NCBI GenBank assembly: GCA_048938295.1
Contig: JBHLMI010000005.1
Location: 60,001 to 92,000 of the forward strand
From: Promethearchaeota archaeon
GTDB taxonomy: Archaea; Asgardarchaeota; Hermodarchaeia; Hermodarchaeales; Hermodarchaeaceae
Direction of reading: 5' to 3'
Length of the DNA: 32,000 nucleotides
Positions 8,796 to 17,153 of this stretch are shown in pieces. The position numbers and the translations under genes are program-made. The notes under the pieces were generated by a model that was given only the letters and a program-made list of their open reading frames with translations, was not told the origin of the DNA and did no database searches. Every line of letters begins with the position of its first letter. Position 1 is the first letter of the stretch.

Positions 8796-9341
8796 TTAAG
8801 AGGATTTTGTTACACGCCGACGAATATAACTCAGCATCTCCTTCGCAATGTACTCAAACGCGGGCGTCACATTCACATCATCCTTCGCGCTGGTCTCAAA
8901 ATACGCTTTAAACCCATTCGTCTTCGCAAATTGGATCACTTCCTTCTGATCCACCGCCCGATGCAAATCCGCCTTCATTCCAACCAACACAATCGGGATA
9001 TTATCTGTATTATCACGCACCAAGCTCAGCCACTCATCCAACTTCAAAAACGTACTAAACCGATTCAAATCAAAACACAACATCGCCCCACGCGCCCCAA
9101 AACAAAACTTCGGTAACAAAAAACGAAACCGCTTTTCCCCCCCAAAATCCCAGATCTGAGCCTTGATTGGTGTGGGTCCGTGGCCATCATTAATAACAAT
9201 TCGTTTGGCTGCGAAGGCTGTACCAACAGTTAAAATGGAATCATGATAGACACCTTCGACGTAGCGTCGTATCATGGTGGTTTTGCCGACGCCGCCTTCA
9301 CCGGCGACGACGAGTTTGAGCATGATGCCTTCGTCTTCCAC
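8796..9341 (-). CDS. Rab/Ras-superfamily small GTPase
   Basis: G1 GEGGVGKT, G2 TVG, G3 WDFGGE, G4 MKAD, G5 ETSAK. No C-terminal Cys. Start is GTG 9341 or ATG 9323. Confidence 0.9.
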   Translation of the reverse strand: MEDEGIMLKLVVAGEGGVGKTTMIRRYVEGVYHDSILTVGTAFAAKRIVINDGHGPTPIKAQIWDFGGEKRFRFLLPKFCFGARGAMLCFDLNRFSTFLKLDEWLSLVRDNTDNIPIVLVGMKADLHRAVDQKEVIQFAKTNGFKAYFETSAKDDVNVTPAFEYIAKEMLSYIRRRVTKSS

Positions 9342-9500
9342 GTTGCGCGCTTCCGCATGGTCCGTTTGTTCACGTGTCAGATAAGTGTGAGAATAAAAAA
9401 ACTGTTCGGTGATAAGCCATTTGGGTCGGATTTATCGAGGTTGATTCACAAGTTTTTTTGGTGTGTTTCTGCCTGTTTTGAGCTAGTTGGTGATGTGATA

Positions 9501-10034
9501 GTGTTGCATGTTGCCGTGGTGCCGACTCGGTGTACGGGGTGTCGGGTGTGTGAGCTGGTGTGCAGTGTCGCCCATGAGGGCGTGGTTCAACCGAGTAAGG
9601 CGCGGATTCAGGTCGTATCTTTTGATGAGACGGTGCAGGATGTTCCGATTGTGTGTCAGCAGTGTGCGGATGCGCCCTGCATGGAGGCGTGTCCCCAAGA
9701 TGCGATTTCACGGGATCCAGAAACTACGGCAGTGGTGGTGGACCGTGAGCTGTGTATTCAGTGTGGGGCTTGTGTTCGGGCCTGTGTGATTGGTGGCGAG
9801 GCGATTGATCCGGAGGACAAATTGGCGATTCGCTTGGATGATGAGGCGGAGATGCCGTTGAAGTGTGACCTGTGTGATGGGGATCCACAGTGTGTCCGGT
9901 ATTGTCCGACAAAGGCGTTGGTGTTGACGGATACGTCGGTTGAGGGTGAATTTGCTGTTGATGCGTTGATGGTGGCGCTGGAGTATTTTTTGAAGCAGGT
10001 CGAGCTGCCGTTGCCGAAACAGGAGGGTAACTAG
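9501..10034 (+). CDS. 4x[4Fe-4S] ferredoxin-like electron-transfer subunit of AOR
   Basis: CTGCRVCELVC, CQQCADAPCMEACP, CIQCGACVRAC, KCDLCDGDPQCVRYCP. GTG 9501 lies 6 nt after GGTGAT. The stop is 1 nt from the aor start. Confidence 0.85.
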   Translation: MLHVAVVPTRCTGCRVCELVCSVAHEGVVQPSKARIQVVSFDETVQDVPIVCQQCADAPCMEACPQDAISRDPETTAVVVDRELCIQCGACVRACVIGGEAIDPEDKLAIRLDDEAEMPLKCDLCDGDPQCVRYCPTKALVLTDTSVEGEFAVDALMVALEYFLKQVELPLPKQEGN

Positions 10035-10035
10035 C

Positions 10036-11937
10036 GTGTATCAAGGGTATAGTGGGAAGATACTTCGGGTGGATTTGACCGACCAGAATGTCAAAGTGGA
10101 GTCGACATCACCGGAGATTGCACGTCGTTTCATTGGTGGAACAGGATATGCAAGCTATCTATTGTACAATGAGCTGGCAAAGGGAATTGAGCCTCTAGGA
10201 CCAGAAAACAAGCTAATCTTTTGCACAGGACCAGTGACTGGAACACCCTGGCCAACGGCTGGACGGATGGCGGTTGTGAGTAAATCACCGTTGACCGGAA
10301 TTTGGGCCGAAAGCCACGTGGGTGGGCATCTTGGTCCTGAGATTAAATTCGCCGGATACGATTTCATTATTATTGAGGGGCAGGCACAGGAACCTACGGT
10401 CCTTTCAATTGTTGACGACAATACCGAGTTTCACTCGGGGTCATCGTATTGGGGCCAGAAAACGCTGAAAACCTCCAAAGAGATACGGCGTGATTTGAAG
10501 CAACCCCATGGTCATGTAGCGCTGATTGGACCTGCAGGCGAAAATGGGGTCCGGTTCGCTTCGATTATGATTGATGGAGCACGCGCCGCTGGTCGAACTG
10601 GGTTAGGCGCGATAATGGGGAACAAGAAGCTGAAAGGTATGCTAGTGCGGGGAACTGGTAATGTGGCGGTCGCCGATCCCCAACGATTCGAAGCCCTGTG
10701 GCGTGAAGGGCATGACCGGGTGCAAACCAATCCCCAGGCCTTGGAAATGCGGAAGTATGGCACAGCAATCCTTGTGGCCACAAAACAGAGTATTGGTGAA
10801 TTGCCGACCTACAACCACCGTGAGGGAGTGTTCGAGGGCTGGGATCGGATTTCAGCGGAAACCTTTCACGATCACCACTATCACACGACCCGTGCCTGTG
10901 GAACCTGCCGTCTTGCTTGTAAGAAAGCCTTCACGGTAAAAGAGGGGCCGTATAAGGGGCTCATCACCGAAGGACCTGAGTATGAGGGAATCATGGCTAT
11001 GGGCAGTAATGTGGGAATTGATGATATTCCCACTATTCTAGTTGCCCAGCATCTTTGTAATGAGTACGGAATGGATGTTATCAGTGCTGGAACTACTGCA
11101 GCATTTTTGATGGAACTTGCAGAACATGGGTTACTAACAAAAGAAGAGCTCGCCAAATTAGATATTCGCTGGGGAAACACAGGCGCGTTGATTGAGTTGA
11201 TGCATCAAATTGCCCATCGGAAAGGGTTGGGTGATTTGGCAGCTGAAGGGACTCATCGGATTGCGAAACAGAAGGGAGATGCTGCTGAACCTTATGACAT
11301 GACGGTCAAGGGTATGGAGATCTCTGGCCAAGATGGTCGCGCGCATCGATCCATGGCGTTGGGTCATGCTGTGGCAGCTCGTGGTGCTGATCATCTCCGT
11401 AATCTTGTTACAATGGACCAGCTAGCCTACAAGGATGTAGCTGCCGAACGATTCGGCGCTGATAAGCTTCCTGACATCTGCGATCCGTATGTTGAAACCT
11501 ATAAGGCGCTGGCAACGGTGGTGACTGAAAAGGTGTATACTATTCGTGATAGTTTGATTGTGTGTTGGTATACGTGTTCGTGGCCACCCATTTTCTGGGT
11601 CGAGGATTTCGCGCCTCTCCTCGCTTCGGTGACAGGCGAATCTGCCTTTGACAGTGTAGATGAGTTGATGCACATCGGTGCTCGGTTAGTTACAATGAAA
11701 CGGGCATTCAATGTTCGTGAAGGGATTCGGCGAAAAGATGACCGGCTACCTCGCCGATTCACCGATGAACCCTTCCCCAAAGGCCCCAGTAAAGGCCAGA
11801 CGGTGAATCTTGAGCCTATGCTTGAAGAGTACTATCATCTCTATGAATGGGACCTCACAACCGGAATCCCAACGGAAGCAACTCTGCGGAAGCTAGGGCT
11901 TGAAGAGCTCGTTAAAGACCTTCATGCTAAGAGTTAG
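10036..11937 (+). CDS. aor: Tungsten-dependent aldehyde:ferredoxin oxidoreductase (AOR family)
   Basis: GYSGKILRVDLT, KSPLTG, GRTGLGAIMGNKKLK, CGTCRLAC, EGPEYE, YGMDVIS, RGADH, C-terminal EYYHLYEWD..GIPT. Confidence 0.9.
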   Translation: MYQGYSGKILRVDLTDQNVKVESTSPEIARRFIGGTGYASYLLYNELAKGIEPLGPENKLIFCTGPVTGTPWPTAGRMAVVSKSPLTGIWAESHVGGHLGPEIKFAGYDFIIIEGQAQEPTVLSIVDDNTEFHSGSSYWGQKTLKTSKEIRRDLKQPHGHVALIGPAGENGVRFASIMIDGARAAGRTGLGAIMGNKKLKGMLVRGTGNVAVADPQRFEALWREGHDRVQTNPQALEMRKYGTAILVATKQSIGELPTYNHREGVFEGWDRISAETFHDHHYHTTRACGTCRLACKKAFTVKEGPYKGLITEGPEYEGIMAMGSNVGIDDIPTILVAQHLCNEYGMDVISAGTTAAFLMELAEHGLLTKEELAKLDIRWGNTGALIELMHQIAHRKGLGDLAAEGTHRIAKQKGDAAEPYDMTVKGMEISGQDGRAHRSMALGHAVAARGADHLRNLVTMDQLAYKDVAAERFGADKLPDICDPYVETYKALATVVTEKVYTIRDSLIVCWYTCSWPPIFWVEDFAPLLASVTGESAFDSVDELMHIGARLVTMKRAFNVREGIRRKDDRLPRRFTDEPFPKGPSKGQTVNLEPMLEEYYHLYEWDLTTGIPTEATLRKLGLEELVKDLHAKS

Positions 11938-13138
11938 ATATTAAGCGTGCTTTAAGTTCCGACATGAAAAGCTTGTATATTAAACCAAGAGGGTTCCGTT
12001 TCATGCGATAGTAATCGGTTTTTCCTTGGGCTATATCGAATAGCAGGGCACCTGGCCATCGCATTAATCGAGCCAGCCGAAATCCACCATACAGATGAGA
12101 ATGGACGAGTCTCGCGATGGTCCAGCTGAAACGGAGTTCTTCGCCAAACCGTTGTGTAATTCTCGTTTGATAATCGGAAGTGACTTCAGAAAGCGGACGA
12201 TTGTGTTTAATGATTTCAATCGCTGCACGCGCACAGATCAGTCCACCTTCAAGAGCGTAGCAGATTCCCTGCCCACTGAAGGTGTCAATGAAGCCAGCCG
12301 CATCACCAGCTAAAAGAACCCGATTAGAAGACAGAGGAATCGGATTTCTGAATGCAGGTAATTGATGCCCGTGAATATTATGCAATCTGAAAGGAGGTAT
12401 CTCATATTGTTCGCAAAACATATGAACTAGCCTTTGGAGCATGTTTGGAAGATTGCCGAGATCCCTAGCTATTCCGCCGACGCCGAACGATAGACTGCGT
12501 TTTCGTGGAAACATCCAGAAATATCCGTAGGGGATATTGAGAGGCCACAATAGGATGATAGAAGGGTCGAGACCTTGATTCCAAAGGATTTCATTAATAG
12601 GTGTGTCAACTTCGATGGCGATTCCAACTTCCCTTGCGGGCATAGGTTTTCGGAGACCGATTCTACGGCCAACGATTGATGTAGCCCCATCCGCCCCAAT
12701 GACAAGGCGTCCTACAAACTGACCTTTCTTTGTCAGGCACCGTACATAGTCCTGAGACTGTTCGAGATCATTCAAAGTGCATTCCTGTTCAAATTGAGCG
12801 CCCGCGAGAACCGCCTGGTTCGCTAAGTAATCATCAAATTTACTACGCTTGACAGTATAGGCGATGAGGTGCTTCGAACGATACTCGAAGGGCTGTAGCT
12901 CAGGTCCCATGAATTGCAGCCCATGGATTTTCTGTTCAATGACAGTTTTGGGAATCTTAATACCTACCAGTTGGAGAGCCTTGAGTGAGCGGACAGAAAC
13001 GGCTCCACCACATGGTTTGTCCCGTGGAAACCGGGCTTTATCGATTAACAGGGTTTGGAGACCTGCCTTCGCGCAGTTATAAGCCACCATTGATCCCGCA
13101 GGTCCTGCACCAACAATTATTACATCATAATGCTTCAC
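11927..13138 (-). CDS. Geranylgeranyl reductase family FAD-dependent oxidoreductase
   Basis: VIIVGAGPAGS, FPRDKPCGG, PYGYFWMFP (PxxYxWxFP), LAGDAAGF. Confidence 0.85.
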   Translation of the reverse strand: MKHYDVIIVGAGPAGSMVAYNCAKAGLQTLLIDKARFPRDKPCGGAVSVRSLKALQLVGIKIPKTVIEQKIHGLQFMGPELQPFEYRSKHLIAYTVKRSKFDDYLANQAVLAGAQFEQECTLNDLEQSQDYVRCLTKKGQFVGRLVIGADGATSIVGRRIGLRKPMPAREVGIAIEVDTPINEILWNQGLDPSIILLWPLNIPYGYFWMFPRKRSLSFGVGGIARDLGNLPNMLQRLVHMFCEQYEIPPFRLHNIHGHQLPAFRNPIPLSSNRVLLAGDAAGFIDTFSGQGICYALEGGLICARAAIEIIKHNRPLSEVTSDYQTRITQRFGEELRFSWTIARLVHSHLYGGFRLARLMRWPGALLFDIAQGKTDYYRMKRNPLGLIYKLFMSELKARLISNS

Positions 13139-13234
13139 GAAGAGTTCCCCGATGATTGAGTCTACCTGAGATAATCGAAGTTCAACTGCATTTTCATCAT
13201 ATAGATTACCAGAAACTAAGGTTAAACCTTCCCA

Positions 13235-15253
13235 CTATTTCTTCACTGGTGGAAGGACATTAGCATAGCCATTCATGACTTCGAGACCATTTTGGTTGGT
13301 CACTGTAAAACTGAGACGGAGGAGGTTCTTTTCCGGAACTTTTTCTGTAACCTCGACTGTAGCCGTGATTTCATCACCAGGAAAGACTGGTGCCGTGAAA
13401 TTCACTTTCATGTTAAAGGCAAGGGTGCCCAAGCCCGGTAATTGCATACCAATTACTCGAGCAACCAAAGCGCCTCCAACTGGACCATGCGCAATACGAC
13501 GCCCGAACATCGTCGTGGCTGCATACTCATCATCCATGTGCAATGGATTATAATCACCAGACATTTTCGCGTACCATTCGATGTGCTCGTCAGTGACCTT
13601 CATCGATCCTTGAGCTTTTTCTCCAATCTTGATTTCATCCAAACTTTTCCCTAATACGAACTCTTTCTCAGCCTTTTTTGTTGGTGGGATCACAGTTTGC
13701 ACCCCTTCGAGTATTTGAGGAGTGAACCGAAACATTCGGGCAAATTTCAGCAGCAAGTCCATATCCTCAGTATCGATGCTAACCTGTTTCACCATCAAAG
13801 CCTGCATAGCATCAAGTTGCCCAAGGAGAATCTTCCGCCATGTCGTTGAATCAGTCTTCACCACCATAGTGGGTTTCGAAATTTCTTTTTTCTCTATTCG
13901 ACACTCTTGGTTATCGATGGACAGTAACCACGGAGCCTCATCTCCGAAAACGAATTGAATCTTCGCAGAGACCCCCTGAGCCCGATCAGCACGAAAGCCG
14001 TTGGGGATAGCGGCCATGAGAGTATCGAAATCAATCGATTCAAGTTTTGAGATGACAGATTTTGACACGTCTCCACGCTTATGTTCGATATAGATTTCGC
14101 GTTGAATGAGAAACCGCATGATTTCCGAGGTGCCCCCTCCAATAGTACCCAATCGGGCATCACGATAATATTGCTCAAGTGGATAGTAATCTTTGACGTA
14201 TCCCGCACCCCCACAGATTTGGATTGCTAAATCACAGACTTTAACTGCAGCCTCAGTTGCATGTAACTTTGCCATTGTAGCTTCCTTGGTGCAGGGAAGT
14301 CCTTTATCCACCATTCTGCCTGCAGAGATCGTCAAGAGTCGTGCAGCCCGCATCTGCAAAGCCATATCTGCAATCTTAAATGAAACGCCTTCAAAACGTG
14401 AAATCGGTTGATCAAATTGAATGCGTTGTTGAGAATACTCAACGGCGATTTCGAAGGGCTTTCGCATGCAGCCAAGGGCCTCTGCAGCGATACCGATGCG
14501 CTCTGAATCTAATTCGTCCATGAGAATGAGAAACCCTTGATTACGTTTTCCCAAGAGGTTTTCTTTGGGAATTTTTATGTTGTCAAATTTAATTTGCGAA
14601 ACATATACACCACCCCGACCCATGAGGGTGAAGTCCCGTTCAACGGAGAATCCTTTCCAAGCGGTTTCGATAATGAAGGCAGACATCCCACTTTTATTAT
14701 CTACAGTTGGATCTGTGACAGCAAAAACGACAATTTGATCAGCTATACTGCCGTTAGAGATGTAGCGTTTTTCCCCATTTAGAATCCAACATTGATCTTT
14801 CTCACTCCACTTGGCATTGGTTTCCATACCTGCCGTATCACTACCTACCGCAGGTTCAGTAATAGCCAAAGCCCCGATTTTTTCCCCTTTCGCTATAGGA
14901 ACAAGGTACTTCCGTTTCTGCGCCTCAGAACCAAATCGAAGAATTGGAATAGCACTGAGAGTGCAACTGGCACCGAACATCATCGTAGCCGATGGGGAAA
15001 CAACAGAGAGCTCTTCACCTGCAATCAATTGGTACATGAACGGTTTATCGGACCCACCATATTCCTCAGGAATAAGTAGACCAGCTAATCCAGCCCCGGC
15101 GAGAAGTTTGAAGAACTTTCTGAAATCGCATTTTCTTTCCTCAATTTGCTCACGGATTGGTAGTATCTTCTTTTCGATGAAATCCCGGGTTTGTTGACGA
15201 AACGCCAATTCATCAGGGGTGTAGAGCAATTCATCATCATTGATAACAATCAT
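13235..15253 (-). CDS. Acyl-CoA dehydrogenase + SCP2 lipid-carrier + MaoC/PhaJ (R)-enoyl-CoA hydratase fusion
   Basis: ACAD (aa ~1-390): GALAITEPAVGSD, WILNGEKRYISNG, ERIGIAA, RIQFDQPI, YYRDAR.GTIGGGTSEI. SCP2 (~408-510): AKIQFVF...PTMVVKTD..TWRKILLGQLDAMQALM. MaoC (~535-672): SGDYNPLHMD, IAHG, FTAPVFPGD. Confidence 0.9.
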   Translation of the reverse strand: MIVINDDELLYTPDELAFRQQTRDFIEKKILPIREQIEERKCDFRKFFKLLAGAGLAGLLIPEEYGGSDKPFMYQLIAGEELSVVSPSATMMFGASCTLSAIPILRFGSEAQKRKYLVPIAKGEKIGALAITEPAVGSDTAGMETNAKWSEKDQCWILNGEKRYISNGSIADQIVVFAVTDPTVDNKSGMSAFIIETAWKGFSVERDFTLMGRGGVYVSQIKFDNIKIPKENLLGKRNQGFLILMDELDSERIGIAAEALGCMRKPFEIAVEYSQQRIQFDQPISRFEGVSFKIADMALQMRAARLLTISAGRMVDKGLPCTKEATMAKLHATEAAVKVCDLAIQICGGAGYVKDYYPLEQYYRDARLGTIGGGTSEIMRFLIQREIYIEHKRGDVSKSVISKLESIDFDTLMAAIPNGFRADRAQGVSAKIQFVFGDEAPWLLSIDNQECRIEKKEISKPTMVVKTDSTTWRKILLGQLDAMQALMVKQVSIDTEDMDLLLKFARMFRFTPQILEGVQTVIPPTKKAEKEFVLGKSLDEIKIGEKAQGSMKVTDEHIEWYAKMSGDYNPLHMDDEYAATTMFGRRIAHGPVGGALVARVIGMQLPGLGTLAFNMKVNFTAPVFPGDEITATVEVTEKVPEKNLLRLSFTVTNQNGLEVMNGYANVLPPVKK

Positions 15254-15414
15254 TGAAAGGTCTCCTTTTTTTGTATCCAGCCAGATAGTATAGAGAGTTT
15301 TAGGATTAATCTTGTTCGACTATTCGTGGTTGGTGTGAATGGAATAAGAATAAGTATTACAACCAGTTGTTTTGATACCTGAATCAGCACGTAAATATTC
15401 GTAGGCGTTGAAGG

Positions 15415-17073
15415 TTGCGTTTCTTTGGGCATCTCATCAAAGGTGAAATTACTAAACCAAATGAAGGACAGATCCGTAGCTTTCCGAATATGAATAAGGC
15501 GATTGGAGATCCACGTATTCTTTTTGCTATGGCTTTAGCAGGTCAAGGGTCAGTTAGTCGTTTTGCCGCCCGCTATTTCAGTGGACAATTACCAGAAAAG
15601 ACACCAGAAATCCGATTGCTCAAAGACTACATTCGGGTCCATGGCTATCCCAAGGCTACAACCGATGAAATCAACGAAATCCAATTTGCCGAATATGCCG
15701 TTGGAGGCGTGAAGGAAGCCACAATTGCTTGTCAGGAAGCGGCACAAATTCGCCAATTAATGCATCGCGAATTGAATGAAAGGGGTAAAGGATTGACTCT
15801 TGAAGAGCGGATGAAGAGTATCCTCACCTTACACAGCCTCATGTGGAACCACTATGACGCATTTAAAACCATAGCTGTTGCCGAAGGCACACCAGTCAAA
15901 CTTTTTGATTGGCAGACTACCAAGGCCTTCGAAACGCTTTGCCAAGAAAAAGCAGATTTTATTACGGACCGGCTGGGACCAAAGGAGATCCCCTGCTCTG
16001 TGGAGGGGGAAAGAACAATCCTCACGCGTTATCCCTTTGGTGCTGTGGGCATTTTTCCCCCCTATAACGCTGCTTTGGGCTTAGGATTTACAGCAATTCT
16101 GAGCTCCTATTATGCTGGAAACGCTAATGTAACCCGCACTCCAACGCGAATGCCACTCACGAACATGGAACTCACCTATGTCCTTCGCGATGCCATGGAG
16201 ACATTAGACTTTCCAACGAGCGCCTTTCAAGCAGTAATTGGACCCGCTCGTCCTATTGCCCACTACATGGTTAACACAGCTCCGTTGAATGCGATGGTAT
16301 ATTATGGTGATTCTCTGGTCGGTCTTGGATTAATGGCTCAGGCAATTCAACGGGGAATGCACTTTGTACCAGAGCTTGCGGGTAGTGGCGCTAGTCTCGT
16401 CTGGAAGGATGTCGACATTGAAAAAACCGCAGCTTTTGTATCCCGTGCACGGTTCTTTGGGTCCGGGCAGATTTGCCTAGCAGCGAAGCGGTTGTTCCTG
16501 CATGAGGCTATCTATGATGAATTCGTTGATGCATTGGTACAAGAAAGCGAGAAGCTGAAAGTAGGTTATCCTGCAGCTTCAGATACCGATTTGCCCATCG
16601 TGGGAAGCCGGGCCTTGTATCAACTCATCGATATGACACAAGAGGCGGTAAAGAAGGGAGCAAAACTCGAATGCGGTGGATATCGTATTGATGTCCATGG
16701 CGACCGAGATGCTGCTGGCTTGTTTTACAAACCCACCGTGCTCCGAGACGTACCGTTAGACTGCCAGATGTGGTATCAAGAAACCTTTGGGCCAGTCTTA
16801 CCTGTCATGAAGATTCGGAGTTTTGACCAAGCCATTACCCAAGCCAACAACACCCCTTATGGGATTCGTACATCGGTCTATAGTGAAGAACCGGAAATTT
16901 GGCAACGATTCTTTGATGAAATTGAAGCCCCAGGAGTTACAATTAACACAGACCATCTTCATTTCGATACCTTCTTCCCTCATCTCGGTGGACTCAAAAC
17001 GAGCGGCGTTTTTGGTGGTAAGTACTTCTATGAAGCGTTAACTTATCTAAAGTACCGACACTTTCCAGCGTGA
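15415..17073 (+). CDS. Aldehyde dehydrogenase family protein with an atypical N-terminal insert
   Basis: ELAG (general base Glu), GSGQICLAAKR (catalytic Cys), FYKPTVL, ETFGPVLP, AITQANNTPYG. Confidence 0.85.
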   Translation: MRFFGHLIKGEITKPNEGQIRSFPNMNKAIGDPRILFAMALAGQGSVSRFAARYFSGQLPEKTPEIRLLKDYIRVHGYPKATTDEINEIQFAEYAVGGVKEATIACQEAAQIRQLMHRELNERGKGLTLEERMKSILTLHSLMWNHYDAFKTIAVAEGTPVKLFDWQTTKAFETLCQEKADFITDRLGPKEIPCSVEGERTILTRYPFGAVGIFPPYNAALGLGFTAILSSYYAGNANVTRTPTRMPLTNMELTYVLRDAMETLDFPTSAFQAVIGPARPIAHYMVNTAPLNAMVYYGDSLVGLGLMAQAIQRGMHFVPELAGSGASLVWKDVDIEKTAAFVSRARFFGSGQICLAAKRLFLHEAIYDEFVDALVQESEKLKVGYPAASDTDLPIVGSRALYQLIDMTQEAVKKGAKLECGGYRIDVHGDRDAAGLFYKPTVLRDVPLDCQMWYQETFGPVLPVMKIRSFDQAITQANNTPYGIRTSVYSEEPEIWQRFFDEIEAPGVTINTDHLHFDTFFPHLGGLKTSGVFGGKYFYEALTYLKYRHFPA

Positions 17074-17153
17074 CCTCTTACGCCGTTTTATGTGAAAGCC
17101 TTTTAACCTACAACGTTCTGCAAAGGCACAGAGCTAGCAGGTGCTGGAAAAGC

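Noticed and set aside
9243-9500. 86-aa N-terminal extension of the ferredoxin ORF in the track
   Set aside because: It overlaps the GTPase gene antisense and the divergent promoter; homology and the SD point to a start at 9495-9501.
9370-10044. His/Pro/Thr-rich minus-strand ORFs (113, 71 and 106 aa)
   Set aside because: Shadow frames created by the G/T-rich ferredoxin gene; no motifs.
15254-15414. Short palindromes GATTAATC and ACAAC-CA-GTTGT in the ACAD/ALDH divergent region
   Set aside because: Too short to distinguish from chance in AT-rich DNA without comparative data.
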